21,498 nucleotides of DNA from Pseudomonadota bacterium (GCA_043798915.1 JAZDOG010000039.1:1-21498), one strand, 5' to 3'; positions 1 through 8,966 are shown, counted from the first letter of the stretch. Notes: generated from the letters alone by a model not told the origin. A program made the numbers and translations.

Positions 1-1960
1 CAAGGAGGGTGCCGCCATCGTCGGGGTTTTCGATGGCAAGCGTGCCGCGATATTGCCTGAGTACGCTCATGATGATCGTGAGCCCCAGCCCCAGCCCGCC
101 GGCCTCTTTTCCGAAGCGCCCGGTCGTATGATAGTTGGTATCCTGTATTTCGAAGAAGGGCTCGACTACATCCTCTATATATTCCTTCGATATGCCCTGT
201 CCTCTGTCCCTCACCAAGATGCTCGCGTTGCCGTTTTTAGCAGAGATGTCGACTGAGACCGTTCCGTTGTCCGGCGAATATTTGATGGCGTTGGAGAGGG
301 CTTCCTCAAGGATTAATTTGACGGCATCTGCGGGACAAGCCAGGTCTATCGCGAGATCTCTGGGATATGTTACATCGACGTTTCTCCCGCTTGTCCCGCG
401 TTTGGCCTCCTCGCATGTGGCGGGTAGTATTTCGTCGAGGGTGGCGCGCTCCTTGAATTCCTCTTCGGAGCGGATTTGGACTGACATGATGGAACTAGCT
501 TTGGTCAATCGCTCCACGAGCAGCTTGAATCGCTCGATGCTCATCCCTAAATTCTCAAAGAGTTTAGAGAATTCTTTTGCATCAGCGGCGGAGCCTTCGC
601 CCTGCATGTCGCACTGCAAGAGGTCATAGAAGCTTACCACCTGGGAGAGCGGTGTCCTGAGCTCGTGGCTGATGATGTTCAAGAGTTGCCTGCGCACGAA
701 ATTCATTTTCGACAGCCGCACGTTTTGCCGATCGAGCTGTTCGTGCATGTCTTTGGTTGTTAAACTCATATGGTTGAACGATTCGGTCAGTCTACCGATC
801 TCATCGTCGCTGTCCTTTTCGATTACAACACCCAGTTCGCCGCTGGCGATCCTGTCAGATGCCTTCGTGAGGTTGATAACGGGCGCGAGCGACTTCCTGA
901 TGACGACGAAGACGATCGCCGCCATGACGGCGAGGGAGGCGAGCATGATGAGAAAAATGTTGTCGCGGAGGCGATAGACGCTGCCGTAAATTAAATCTTT
1001 ATCGCCGATCATCAGTATCGACCAGCCGGCCGCAGGGATCGGTTTGTGCATGAGCAGACGGTTATCGATGTCGATTATCTTGCCGGGAGGGGTTTCTGCA
1101 GCGCGTTCGAGGAAATCGCGCGAGATATCGGGCATGATGCTGCTCTCTCCCGGCGAAGCTATGACATCCCCCTTTTGGTCCAGGATGAGGAGGAGCGAGC
1201 TCGTCTTGATGCCGCTTGTGGCATTCGCTATGAAATCGGGCGTTGTGGTAATCATAAAGACGCCCTTGATGATGTCTCCAACGCGATGGGGCAATGCGAT
1301 CGTGATGAGCTCTTTTTCGACGGGAACCTCTTCTATGTTGAATGTTATCGGCTGATAGCTTCGCAGATAGAGCGTCGTCTTTGACGGTTTTTCGACGGAT
1401 GGCTCGCCTCTGTTTGCGGCTTCAAACCATTCCTTGTCTAGCCGGCTGAGCTTCGATCGGTCTGCTGATTTGAAGTCCTCATCGTTTGAGCCTCCGAAAT
1501 ATATATGGAGCTTCACGAAGCCATCGGCACCCACGTATTCCATGGAAGGGAAGAGCCCCGTCTCGAGTATTTTTCTATTGCCTTCGTTGGCCAGAAGGCC
1601 CACCGGAAAATTGACGAGCCCGCCCACTTCCGGTTCGCCAAGGATGAGCCCGTTTCCCTTTTGGAAGTTGAAGACCTCGACCTCAGCATCGCTCTTATAT
1701 TGAGCGGCGGCTGTGAACTTGGTGAAGATTGAATTGGATGTGAGCTGACCTATTTTTGCCATCCTGTCGGCGAGCTCGTTTTCGACAGAGGAATAGACGC
1801 CATCGATCGTCATCCTGAAATCGTGTTCTGCCTGCGCACGGAGCACGCTGCTGCTGAAACGATAGCCGAGGAGCCCCAGCACCCCCAGCGCTATGAATTG
1901 CAACAGGAGGATGGGAACGAGAAACTTTGTGCGTATCTTTGTTGTGTGAAAAATGCGCAT
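1..1960 (-). CDS. Membrane sensor histidine kinase (TM, extracytoplasmic Cache-like domain, TM, HAMP, HisKA, HATPase_c); 3' end runs off the window
   Basis: Not in the ORF track because there is no stop in the window. Manual translation from ATG 1960 gives MRIFHTTKIRTKFLVPILLLQFIALGVLGLLGY, a second TM IFLIMLASLAVMAAIVFVVI, HAMP (LAPVINLTKASDRIASGEL...DDEIGRLTESFNHM), H-box ISHELRTPL, N-box LSNAIKYS, G1 DRGQGI, F-box EPFF and G2 GGLGLGL. GAGG lies upstream of the ATG. Confidence 0.93.
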   Translation of the reverse strand, partial: MRIFHTTKIRTKFLVPILLLQFIALGVLGLLGYRFSSSVLRAQAEHDFRMTIDGVYSSVENELADRMAKIGQLTSNSIFTKFTAAAQYKSDAEVEVFNFQKGNGLILGEPEVGGLVNFPVGLLANEGNRKILETGLFPSMEYVGADGFVKLHIYFGGSNDEDFKSADRSKLSRLDKEWFEAANRGEPSVEKPSKTTLYLRSYQPITFNIEEVPVEKELITIALPHRVGDIIKGVFMITTTPDFIANATSGIKTSSLLLILDQKGDVIASPGESSIMPDISRDFLERAAETPPGKIIDIDNRLLMHKPIPAAGWSILMIGDKDLIYGSVYRLRDNIFLIMLASLAVMAAIVFVVIRKSLAPVINLTKASDRIASGELGVVIEKDSDDEIGRLTESFNHMSLTTKDMHEQLDRQNVRLSKMNFVRRQLLNIISHELRTPLSQVVSFYDLLQCDMQGEGSAADAKEFSKLFENLGMSIERFKLLVERLTKASSIMSVQIRSEEEFKERATLDEILPATCEEAKRGTSGRNVDVTYPRDLAIDLACPADAVKLILEEALSNAIKYSPDNGTVSVDISAKNGNASILVRDRGQGISKEYIEDVVEPFFEIQDTNYHTTGRFGKEAGGLGLGLTIIMSVLRQYRGTLAIENPDDGGTLL

Positions 1961-1968
1961 GAGAAACC

Positions 1969-3369
1969 TCAGTAATAGCCGGATCTTTGCATGAGTTTAA
2001 GGACTGCGGCATTGAGTTCGTGGAGCGCTTCGTGTGCCGTCTTCTTGCCGGCGATCACCTCTGATGTTGCGGTGCCCAGGAGATTTGCGATCACTGAATA
2101 CTCCGGGATGTGCGGCATATACCGCCAGTCGATGACTTTGACGCTCTCCTCCATAACGTAGCGGCCGTCCGAAGTTTTATATGGGTGCATGGAGCGATAT
2201 TTCTCTCCCTCGACGAGCGCGCGTATGGGGATCGACGTGACATAGTTGTCCACTATGCCTTGCATGAAAATGTCGCTCGTGATGAAGTTTAAAAACTGCC
2301 AGGCTTCTTTCTTGTGCGAAGAACTTCGGTTGATTCCATAGCCCATTGCGAAATCTTCCTGCGTGAACCCTGCTGGCCCGCGAACCGGCAGGGCTGCGGC
2401 ATATTTGTCGCGCATTCCGACTTCCAATTTATCGAGCGCTCCCACGTTGAAGCCGCAATTCAAGATCATCGCCGCCGTTCCCTTGCGGCCGTCTTCTATG
2501 AGCTCGTACCATGTATAATCTTTGCTTCCAGGGGGACCGTAATTTCGAAGGAGGTCTGTGTATGTTTTAAACCCGTTGAAAAAGGCGGGCGAGTCGAATG
2601 CTGGTTTTGCCTTAAGCCTCCTTATTTCTTCCTGCGTTGCGGCGCCATTTTCAAACCATGTTCCGCCATAGGCGTATGCAAAACCCGAGACGACGATCGC
2701 AGGTTCCTCGCCGGCCTTGCCCCTGGATGCGATGCCATAGATGTCGATTTTGCCATCGCCATTTGTGTCGAGGGTGAGTCTTTTGGCTGCAGCGATGAGC
2801 TCTGACATATTGGTCGGCACTTTGACGCCGTACTTTATGAAAAGGTCTTTTCTATAGACGAGCGCCGGCCCGAAACTCTCCGTGGGAAGCGCGTACAGAT
2901 GTCCATCATAGGAGAGGGCGTCAAGATACTTGAGGTACCAGTTGTCCCTGTTGAACCTGGAATCTTCCGCTATAAAACTATCGAGCGGCTCGAGGTAGTT
3001 GGATGCGATGTGCTCGGGAAGTATCCACACGTCGGTGAGGACGAGGTCGAACTTGCCTGCGCCAGAGGCCAGGTCGATCAAGACTTTGTCGCGAACTATA
3101 TCCTCGCTCAATATCTGCCAATTGACCTTGACTCCGGTTTCCTTCTCAAATAGAGGCACTTCTTTTTTGAGCGTGGGCAGATAATCTTCGTTCCAGGTTA
3201 TGAAGTTGACCTGGAGATATTGGGCGGGGGTGGGCGTCTGCTCTGTCTTTTGTGTTTTGACAGGCGCACGCCCCTTTCCCTTGCAGGCGGTCAGAGCGAC
3301 AAGGGGAAAGACGACCAAAACAACTGTCGCGAGAAACAATGGGGAAGACTTCCCATGAATGGTCCACAT
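1969..3369 (-). CDS. Extracellular solute-binding lipoprotein, family 1 (sugar ABC-type SBP)
   Basis: 466 aa; hydrophobic signal with lipobox-like LTAC; SBP_bac_1-like segments FEKETGVKVNW, YLEPLD, LYALP, LVYRKDLF, EAWQFLNF; DTNGDGKID loop; GGAGG upstream. Confidence 0.9.
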   Translation of the reverse strand: MWTIHGKSSPLFLATVVLVVFPLVALTACKGKGRAPVKTQKTEQTPTPAQYLQVNFITWNEDYLPTLKKEVPLFEKETGVKVNWQILSEDIVRDKVLIDLASGAGKFDLVLTDVWILPEHIASNYLEPLDSFIAEDSRFNRDNWYLKYLDALSYDGHLYALPTESFGPALVYRKDLFIKYGVKVPTNMSELIAAAKRLTLDTNGDGKIDIYGIASRGKAGEEPAIVVSGFAYAYGGTWFENGAATQEEIRRLKAKPAFDSPAFFNGFKTYTDLLRNYGPPGSKDYTWYELIEDGRKGTAAMILNCGFNVGALDKLEVGMRDKYAAALPVRGPAGFTQEDFAMGYGINRSSSHKKEAWQFLNFITSDIFMQGIVDNYVTSIPIRALVEGEKYRSMHPYKTSDGRYVMEESVKVIDWRYMPHIPEYSVIANLLGTATSEVIAGKKTAHEALHELNAAVLKLMQRSGYY

Positions 3370-3414
3370 TTTTTAAGCCTCCGGTTTTGCCGGGGGTGCG
3401 TGACTATTAATGCT

Positions 3415-3594
3415 TCACTGTATATTAGGGCGCTGCTTCGGTATCGTGAACGATACCTTAGTTCCGCGGCCTGGTTCGCTCTCCAGCCAGATAAGGAGGA
3501 CGAAGATGAGGCGGCCCACGATGTGGCCCCTGGTATTGACGATTGCATCTACCGGGAGCGTTGTGATATCGGCTTCCGGGACTGATATCCTCAT
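3415..3594 (-). pseudogene. 59-codon chimeric remnant ORF: macrodomain-like N-terminus plus HATPase_c-like C-terminus
   Basis: Manual translation: MRISVPEADITTLPVDAIVNTRGHIVGRLIFVLLIWLESEPGRGTKVSFTIPKQRPNIQ*. AAGGGG lies upstream of the ATG. It falls just under the apparent 60-aa cut-off of the ORF track. Confidence 0.5.
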
Positions 3595-3603
3595 GGGGGC
3601 CCC

Positions 3604-4731
3604 TTGAGAAGAGACGAGCCTGCCTTTCAGCGTTTCCGCATTTTCACTGTGTTCATATGTGCCATATTGCTGGGCATGGTTGCAAGGGGCTCATGGGCTG
3701 CCGAGGGCAGCGTCCATCCCGCGGCTGGCGAGGTCTCGTATGCCTGGGCAAGCAGCCGGATCGGCAGCCCCCTGTGGGGGATGGCCTTTGGCGATATCGA
3801 TGGCACCGGCAGAAAGTTGCTCCTCTTGGAACGGGGCAGGGTGCTCGTCGGAAAACTGGGTGAGAAGGGGTTCGAGCAGCAGGCATTGTGCGATCTCCCC
3901 GGCCGTGCGGAGGGCGCGCGCATCTATACGATGGATCTCGACGGCGACGGGGTGGAGGAGATCGTCGTCTCAGCCGTGGAGGAGGGGCTTCCCGCCTCCC
4001 TCGCGCTGTCTTTCAAGGACGGAAAGTGCCGGACGCTCTTCGAGAGGGAGAGGTGGTCTCTGAGGGTCATCGAAGACCTGCAGGCGCGTAAAACGTTGAC
4101 AGGCCAAAGTTGGAGCTCGGACTCATTTTTTTTCGGCCCTGTCTTTGAATTGAAATTCGAAGGGAAAAAGCTCAAAAAGGTTCAAAAGATCGGCCTGCCG
4201 ACGGCCGTCAATCTCTTTCAGTTCGCCGCGCTTCCCGGAGAGGATGAGAGGCTGGCGGTCATCAAGGGTTATCAGCCGCTCGAGGTCTACGAGAAGATGA
4301 GCCGTCGTTTCAAGCGCACGTGGCGCACGGGCGTTCGCTTCGGCGGAGGCCTGAACATCCTGGCTACCAGCCAGCGCGCCGTCCTCGGCGAGGAGATGGC
4401 CGACATGGTCGAGTTTAACCTGTCGCCGTTGGTTTCGGTGCGCGGCGCCGATTTTGCGCTCATCGCCCCCCGCCATGACATGCCGCTCAAGGGCTTCATA
4501 GGCCGCCGGCCGTCGGTTCACGGGGCGACGGTCGTGGAGTTTCGGCCCGATCCGGCGCTCTTCTTCGAGGAAATCTCGAGGACCATAAATATCCCCGGCG
4601 CCATCGTCGACTATGTTATCGGCGACCTTCGCTCCGAGGGCAAACAAAGGCTCTTCGTCCTGATGCAGGACGATCCCTCCATGTTCAAGGAGGGCGAGAG
4701 GTCGATCATCTTCGAATTCGAGATGCCATGA
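3604..4731 (+). CDS. Secreted FG-GAP/VCBS-repeat-like protein (probable beta-propeller)
   Basis: 375 aa; signal-peptide-like N-terminus ending SWA-AE; motifs GDIDGTG, DLDGDGVEEIVVS and a degenerate GDLRSEG. The TTG start at 3604 is uncertain. Confidence 0.72.
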   Translation: MRRDEPAFQRFRIFTVFICAILLGMVARGSWAAEGSVHPAAGEVSYAWASSRIGSPLWGMAFGDIDGTGRKLLLLERGRVLVGKLGEKGFEQQALCDLPGRAEGARIYTMDLDGDGVEEIVVSAVEEGLPASLALSFKDGKCRTLFERERWSLRVIEDLQARKTLTGQSWSSDSFFFGPVFELKFEGKKLKKVQKIGLPTAVNLFQFAALPGEDERLAVIKGYQPLEVYEKMSRRFKRTWRTGVRFGGGLNILATSQRAVLGEEMADMVEFNLSPLVSVRGADFALIAPRHDMPLKGFIGRRPSVHGATVVEFRPDPALFFEEISRTINIPGAIVDYVIGDLRSEGKQRLFVLMQDDPSMFKEGERSIIFEFEMP

Positions 4732-4790
4732 CGCGCATCAGGCATATCCAGCCAGGGAGTTGTCTATTGCTGGACATAACAGATACTTCC

Positions 4791-4821
4791 TTGACAAGGC
4801 CTTGGAAATTGGTGCAAAAAT
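4791..4821 (+). promoter_or_regulatory. Putative sigma70 promoter of the tRNA gene
   Basis: Perfect TTGACA at 4791-4796, 50 nt before the tRNA; the -10 region (TGGTGCAAAAAT) is a weak match. Confidence 0.4.
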
Positions 4822-4840
4822 CGCTGCACCATTCAGGCTT

Positions 4841-4914
<74 letters not shown>

Positions 4915-4922
4915 CAAACACA

Positions 4923-4967
4923 CGGCTTTGCGGGTGAATTGTTATCACACGCAAAGCCGATGTTTTT
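4923..4967 (+). terminator. Probable intrinsic terminator after the tRNA
   Basis: CGGCTTTGCG (4923-4932) pairs with CGCAAAGCCG (4950-4959), with an inner GTGA/TCAC stem, followed by ATGTTTTT. Confidence 0.6.
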
Positions 4968-4970
4968 GTA

Positions 4971-4997
4971 GGCCCGCCGTCGATTTAATGGCGGGCC
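4971..4997. repeat. GC-rich hairpin
   Basis: GGCCCGCCGT-cgattta-ATGGCGGGCC: 10-bp stem with one G-T pair. Confidence 0.55.
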
Positions 4998-5061
4998 ACC
5001 CTGCAAACAGTGTAGTGCCGGGCCGCCGTGGACCACTGTCTTACAAATGTTTTGTTTTTAC

Positions 5062-5227
5062 GTAACTATTCAGGTGCCTGCGTCTCTTTTCCCTCTCCCT
5101 TGAGGGGAGAGGGTTGGGGTGAGGGTGGCAATGGCAACCGGGTGAAAAAATCGCAGGGTCACCCTCCCTCTGACTCCCTCCCATCAAGGGAGGGAGAATT
5201 TCGAAAGACGCACTGCTGAATAGTTAC
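5062..5227. mobile_element. 166-bp non-coding inverted-repeat element (MITE/REPIN-like) carrying two inverted REP-like palindromes
   Basis: Perfect 12-bp terminal inverted repeats GTAACTATTCAG (5062-5073) and CTGAATAGTTAC (5216-5227). Inside are CCCTCTCCC-ttgag-GGGAGAGGG..GAGGGTG (5091-5127) and a diverged inverted copy CACCCTC..CTCCCTCCC-atcaa-GGGAGGGAG (5160-5196). No target-site duplication seen. Confidence 0.65.
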
Positions 5228-5257
5228 AAAGTCTTTTTATTTCACTGATACTTGGCT

Positions 5258-6412
5258 TCATTTTTCTTTCTTCCTTTGCGGATATGGGCGCCTGGCTTTT
5301 CTGGGGTAGAGCGGCTCGAATGGAAGAAAGGTGATGAAGTTTTTTGCCTGCATTCTGGCAGCGCCCAGATCATCATAATAAAAGCAGTCAAAAACCTTGT
5401 CTTCGGTATCGAAGAGCTGGTTGGCCCGGTGAAGCGAATGATATTCCGGAATAATGCCGATGTTGTCGCGGCCTTCCATTTTCAGGCGAACATCTTTGAA
5501 GCCATACCATCGAAATGGCATTTTCTTCCTGTAAAATTCAAGAGCTATTCGGGCGGTCTCCAGCATGCGGCCCGTGCTGTTTCCGTTCAAAAAGATAAAC
5601 CATCGGTCATCTTCATGCAGGAGGCCGAGATCTATGTGAGTCGTATTTCCACCACGGCATATTTCCCAGGGGTGGCCGCCTCCACGCCCTGAATGATACC
5701 ATTTCATCAAGTCTTCCGCAGAATCGGGTGAAATATCTATTAGGCCCTCGTGACGGCCGTCTGCCATGAGTTTATACATCTCCAGGCCAGACATTTGTTT
5801 CTTTATAGCAGATTTGCATTTTTTGAAATTAGCAAGATATGCAATCTTGCAGTAATTGAGATATGTTTGGAGCGTGGGAGACGAAACAGCAAGCGCGTCA
5901 GCAGCAGACCTCTCCTGTTGATCGAAAACCTCCATCAAGAGGGAATATTCTTTTGCGGCAAGTTCTAAATCAGGTCGGTAGATGTCGGGCATAATCCCCC
6001 ACAGAATTCTCCTTTCGATGAGCCCGAAACGATACTTTTTGGGAAGGGCCTGCAATAACCTGCGATGATGATCCAGCCAGTGTTCGCCCGCCTTTTTGAG
6101 CATCCTTGTGGAGGATTTTATGATTGCCGGGATATCGTAGTTTTCAGAATGAAAAGAAGAAGAGTGCTCGCCTTCTTTCAGCGTCTCTTTTTTCAGGTCG
6201 AACTCGAGCTGGACATCGTTGTTGATTATCCAATAGACGGTGTTCTGATATTTTGTGAAATGCTGACGCAGCCATTTTCTTTTGCTGCGGGGCGAAGGGA
6301 GATGAAAGCTCCATGTTTCATCCGAATATTCCTTGACAGGCTGAAATTCAAAGAGCTGTTTGAGCAGCAATTTGAAGTTTGTCGAAATCTTTTTTTGATT
6401 TTGGACCGACAT
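5258..6412 (-). CDS. Hypothetical protein (about 384 aa), AT-richer than its neighbours
   Basis: C-terminal part of the 550-aa track ORF. The likely start is ATG 6412 (MSVQNQKKIS), 14 nt after the helicase stop. Motif-like blocks ADGRHEGL, GGHPWEICRGGNTTHIDL and DNIGIIP. No family recognised. Confidence 0.8.
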   Translation of the reverse strand: MSVQNQKKISTNFKLLLKQLFEFQPVKEYSDETWSFHLPSPRSKRKWLRQHFTKYQNTVYWIINNDVQLEFDLKKETLKEGEHSSSFHSENYDIPAIIKSSTRMLKKAGEHWLDHHRRLLQALPKKYRFGLIERRILWGIMPDIYRPDLELAAKEYSLLMEVFDQQERSAADALAVSSPTLQTYLNYCKIAYLANFKKCKSAIKKQMSGLEMYKLMADGRHEGLIDISPDSAEDLMKWYHSGRGGGHPWEICRGGNTTHIDLGLLHEDDRWFIFLNGNSTGRMLETARIALEFYRKKMPFRWYGFKDVRLKMEGRDNIGIIPEYHSLHRANQLFDTEDKVFDCFYYDDLGAARMQAKNFITFLPFEPLYPRKARRPYPQRKKEK

Positions 6413-6426
6413 GTTATTAGAGGTCC

Positions 6427-7647
6427 CTATATTCTCTTTCTGTTTCTCCTGCCGAAGGGTCTGACTTTCATTTCTACATAGGGCGCAACGCCTGCCACAG
6501 TGCAGCGCGGGAGCTCCTGGTTGATCGCCTTCTCTATATCCGAGAGCATCTCCTTGTCGAGCCAGGTGGCGATCGTCGAGACGAGGCCGGTGGCGTCCAT
6601 GCGCGCGGTGCGGCCGGCCCGGTGGATGTATTCCTCGACCGTCTGGGGGATGTCGAAGTTCACGATGTGGCCGATGTTCGGGACGTCTATTCCCCGTGAG
6701 GCGATGTCGGTCGCCACGAGGATCCGGTGCCCGCCCTCGCGGAAACTCTTGAGGGCCTCCGTGCGCTCGCTCTGCGAGCGGTCGGAGTGGATGTTCGTCA
6801 CCGGGTGGCCTTCCTTCGCCAGCACTCCGCATACCCAGTCTGCGTCGACCTTCCTGCGCGTGAAGACGAGTGTCGAGCCCAGTTCCTGGTTGAGCAGCGC
6901 CATGAGGCACTTCTTCTTGTCGTAATCATCCACCATGTAGAGGCGGTGGGTGATACCCTCTGCGGCTCGGCCTACGGGAAGGATGTCGATTCTCACCGGG
7001 CTAGAGAGGAACTGCCTTGCCAGCCGATCGATCGTCGGCGGCATCGTCGCCGAGAACATCATCGTGTGCCGTTTCTCGGGGACGCTCTTGAGTATCCTCG
7101 TGATCTGCGGGAGAAACCCGAGGTCGAGCATGTGATCGGCCTCATCGAGGACGAGCTCCTCGATGGCGGCCAGGCTCACGTTGCGGCGCTCCATGTGGTC
7201 GGCGAGCCTCCCGGGCGTTGCGACAACGATATCTGGTTTGTTCTTTAGCTCGCGGATTTGCGGCCCCATCGGGACGCCGCCAATGACGCAGACGGTCGAG
7301 AGCTTGTGCGGCTTGCCGAAGAGATCGAGAAATGCCTTCGTCTGCAGCGCGATCTCGCGCGTCGGGCAGACGATCAGGCCCCTTAGGCCATTGCCGTGCA
7401 GCAGCCGTTCGGCGATCGGGATTACGAAGGCGGCGGTCTTGCCGGAGCCGGTCTGGGCGAGCCCGATCACATCCTGGCGCGCCATCGCCAGGGGGATGAC
7501 AGCACTCTGGATGGGGGTAGGATGGACAAAACCCACCCTGTGCACAGATGCGAGGATGTTGCCATCGAGCCCCAGGGCCTCGAAAGTTCCCTCGGTCTCC
7601 TTGACCGGGTGTTGGCCTAGCGAATCAGCTTTTTTGGTATTTGGCAT
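6427..7647 (-). CDS. DEAD-box ATP-dependent RNA helicase (RhlE-like)
   Basis: Q-motif PTPIQ, AQTGSGKT, PTREIA, TPGRL, DEAD, SAT, ATDIASRGID, HRAGRTAR and a basic tail. Start placed at MPNTKK (uncertain). Confidence 0.95.
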   Translation of the reverse strand: MPNTKKADSLGQHPVKETEGTFEALGLDGNILASVHRVGFVHPTPIQSAVIPLAMARQDVIGLAQTGSGKTAAFVIPIAERLLHGNGLRGLIVCPTREIALQTKAFLDLFGKPHKLSTVCVIGGVPMGPQIRELKNKPDIVVATPGRLADHMERRNVSLAAIEELVLDEADHMLDLGFLPQITRILKSVPEKRHTMMFSATMPPTIDRLARQFLSSPVRIDILPVGRAAEGITHRLYMVDDYDKKKCLMALLNQELGSTLVFTRRKVDADWVCGVLAKEGHPVTNIHSDRSQSERTEALKSFREGGHRILVATDIASRGIDVPNIGHIVNFDIPQTVEEYIHRAGRTARMDATGLVSTIATWLDKEMLSDIEKAINQELPRCTVAGVAPYVEMKVRPFGRRNRKRI

Positions 7648-7695
7648 GGGAGCTGCAATAGCTGAGCAGTGAGCGGATGGCAATAGGGGTTTTGT

Positions 7696-8850
7696 TTAAG
7701 GTTTCGAACGCCGGGATAGAATTTTTTCAAATCCTGGCCACAGGAGCTCGGCCTGCCAGTTCATCATCGGTCCCTCGGCGATCATCTGCTGCATGCTCGC
7801 CGGCCGGCTGCGGGCGATCGAGGCGAGGAGCGCGCGCGGGGCGAGGAGGGATGGCTCCAGCCCGTTTGCCTTTGCAATATGGAGGCACTCGGAGCGAAGG
7901 GCATCGACGACCTCCATGGAACACGGTTCGCCGCGCTTGCTCTTCCTCTTTCTCGGCCAATCCGCCTGCGTCATCTTCCGCGCCTTTTCGATCGCGCGGT
8001 GGAGCGCCGCGAGGCGCGGTCCGGTGCAGTTGCGCGGCAGCTTTGCGCCGCGGGGAATTTCCTGTCCGCCCCCGGAAGCAGCGCTGCCGGTGGCCATTGC
8101 GACGATCTGTTCGTTCATGAGGATTTTGAACGGCGGGAGATCGACCCTCTGCGCTTCATCCTCGCGCCATTTCCATATCTCGCTGACGAAGGCCATCTCC
8201 TTCGACGAGAGCGCGGCGGTTCCCTTGATGCGCCAGTCATCCTCCGGGTCCTTCTCTCTCACTTCGCCCGCGGCCCGGACCATCGCTGCGCACGCCTCGC
8301 GATGCCATCCGAGCCTTCCCTTCGCCTCGAGTTCGTCGCGGAGCTTGTCAGCAAGAGGCTCGAGATATCGCGTGTCGTCGCTCGCGTATGAGAGCTGTTC
8401 GAGGGTCAGCGGGCGCCTCGACCAGTCGGACTTGCGGCCGCGCTTCGGCAGCGTGACGCCGAAATGGTGAAGGACGAGCGCGGCCAGACCGATCTCCTTA
8501 TAGCCAAGGAGCCTGGCTGCAATCATCGTGTCGAATATCTCGCCCTGTGCCCGGAAACCCAGCGATGAGGCGAGCATCCGCAGGTCGTAGTCGGCCCCGT
8601 GCAGGATGAGCGTCTTGTCGGCAAGCGCGGAGATGAGGGAGGCTAGGTCAGCGCCGGCCAGGGGATCGACGATATAGTTTTCGCCGGCGAGCGTGAGCTG
8701 GATCAGGCAGACCTTCTCGAAATAGTGATGGAGGCTGTCGGCCTCCGTGTCGACGGCAACCCTCTCGGCGCCGCGCACGCGCGACGAGAGTGCCTCGATC
8801 TCCGACGTGGTCTTTATGATGGCGTACTGAGTCTTGTGGCTGGATTCCAT
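7696..8850 (-). CDS. rnd: Ribonuclease D (DEDDy 3'-5' exonuclease plus HRDC domain)
   Basis: ExoI VAVDTEAD, CLIQL, ExoII HGADYDL, FDTMIAA, SDWSRRPLT, ExoIII YASDD, HRDC WREDEAQRVDLPPFKIL. Start at 8850 or 8862. Confidence 0.9.
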   Translation of the reverse strand: MESSHKTQYAIIKTTSEIEALSSRVRGAERVAVDTEADSLHHYFEKVCLIQLTLAGENYIVDPLAGADLASLISALADKTLILHGADYDLRMLASSLGFRAQGEIFDTMIAARLLGYKEIGLAALVLHHFGVTLPKRGRKSDWSRRPLTLEQLSYASDDTRYLEPLADKLRDELEAKGRLGWHREACAAMVRAAGEVREKDPEDDWRIKGTAALSSKEMAFVSEIWKWREDEAQRVDLPPFKILMNEQIVAMATGSAASGGGQEIPRGAKLPRNCTGPRLAALHRAIEKARKMTQADWPRKRKSKRGEPCSMEVVDALRSECLHIAKANGLEPSLLAPRALLASIARSRPASMQQMIAEGPMMNWQAELLWPGFEKILSRRSKP

Positions 8851-8966
8851 TTGAGGAGCCATGATATCAGCCGAAGCGCTGCGTGTCCAGTTGAGCGCTG
8901 ATATTTTTATGGAACTTTGTTCCTGATAATGCAAATGCTGTATGACAAACATTCATGGAGGCTTGT

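Noticed and set aside
53..2012. Several short track ORFs over the left end
   Set aside because: Shadows of the minus-strand histidine kinase, which the track missed because its stop lies outside the window.
5028..5219. 63-aa ORF containing PSPLRGEGWGEG
   Set aside because: This is just the translation of the REP-like palindromes.
6413..6910. N-terminal 166 aa of the 550-aa track ORF, or a frameshift fusion of the helicase with the hypothetical protein
   Set aside because: It is an Arg/Pro/Gly-rich off-frame read of the helicase gene. I saw no slippery heptamer near the helicase end, and there is a separate ATG at 6412.
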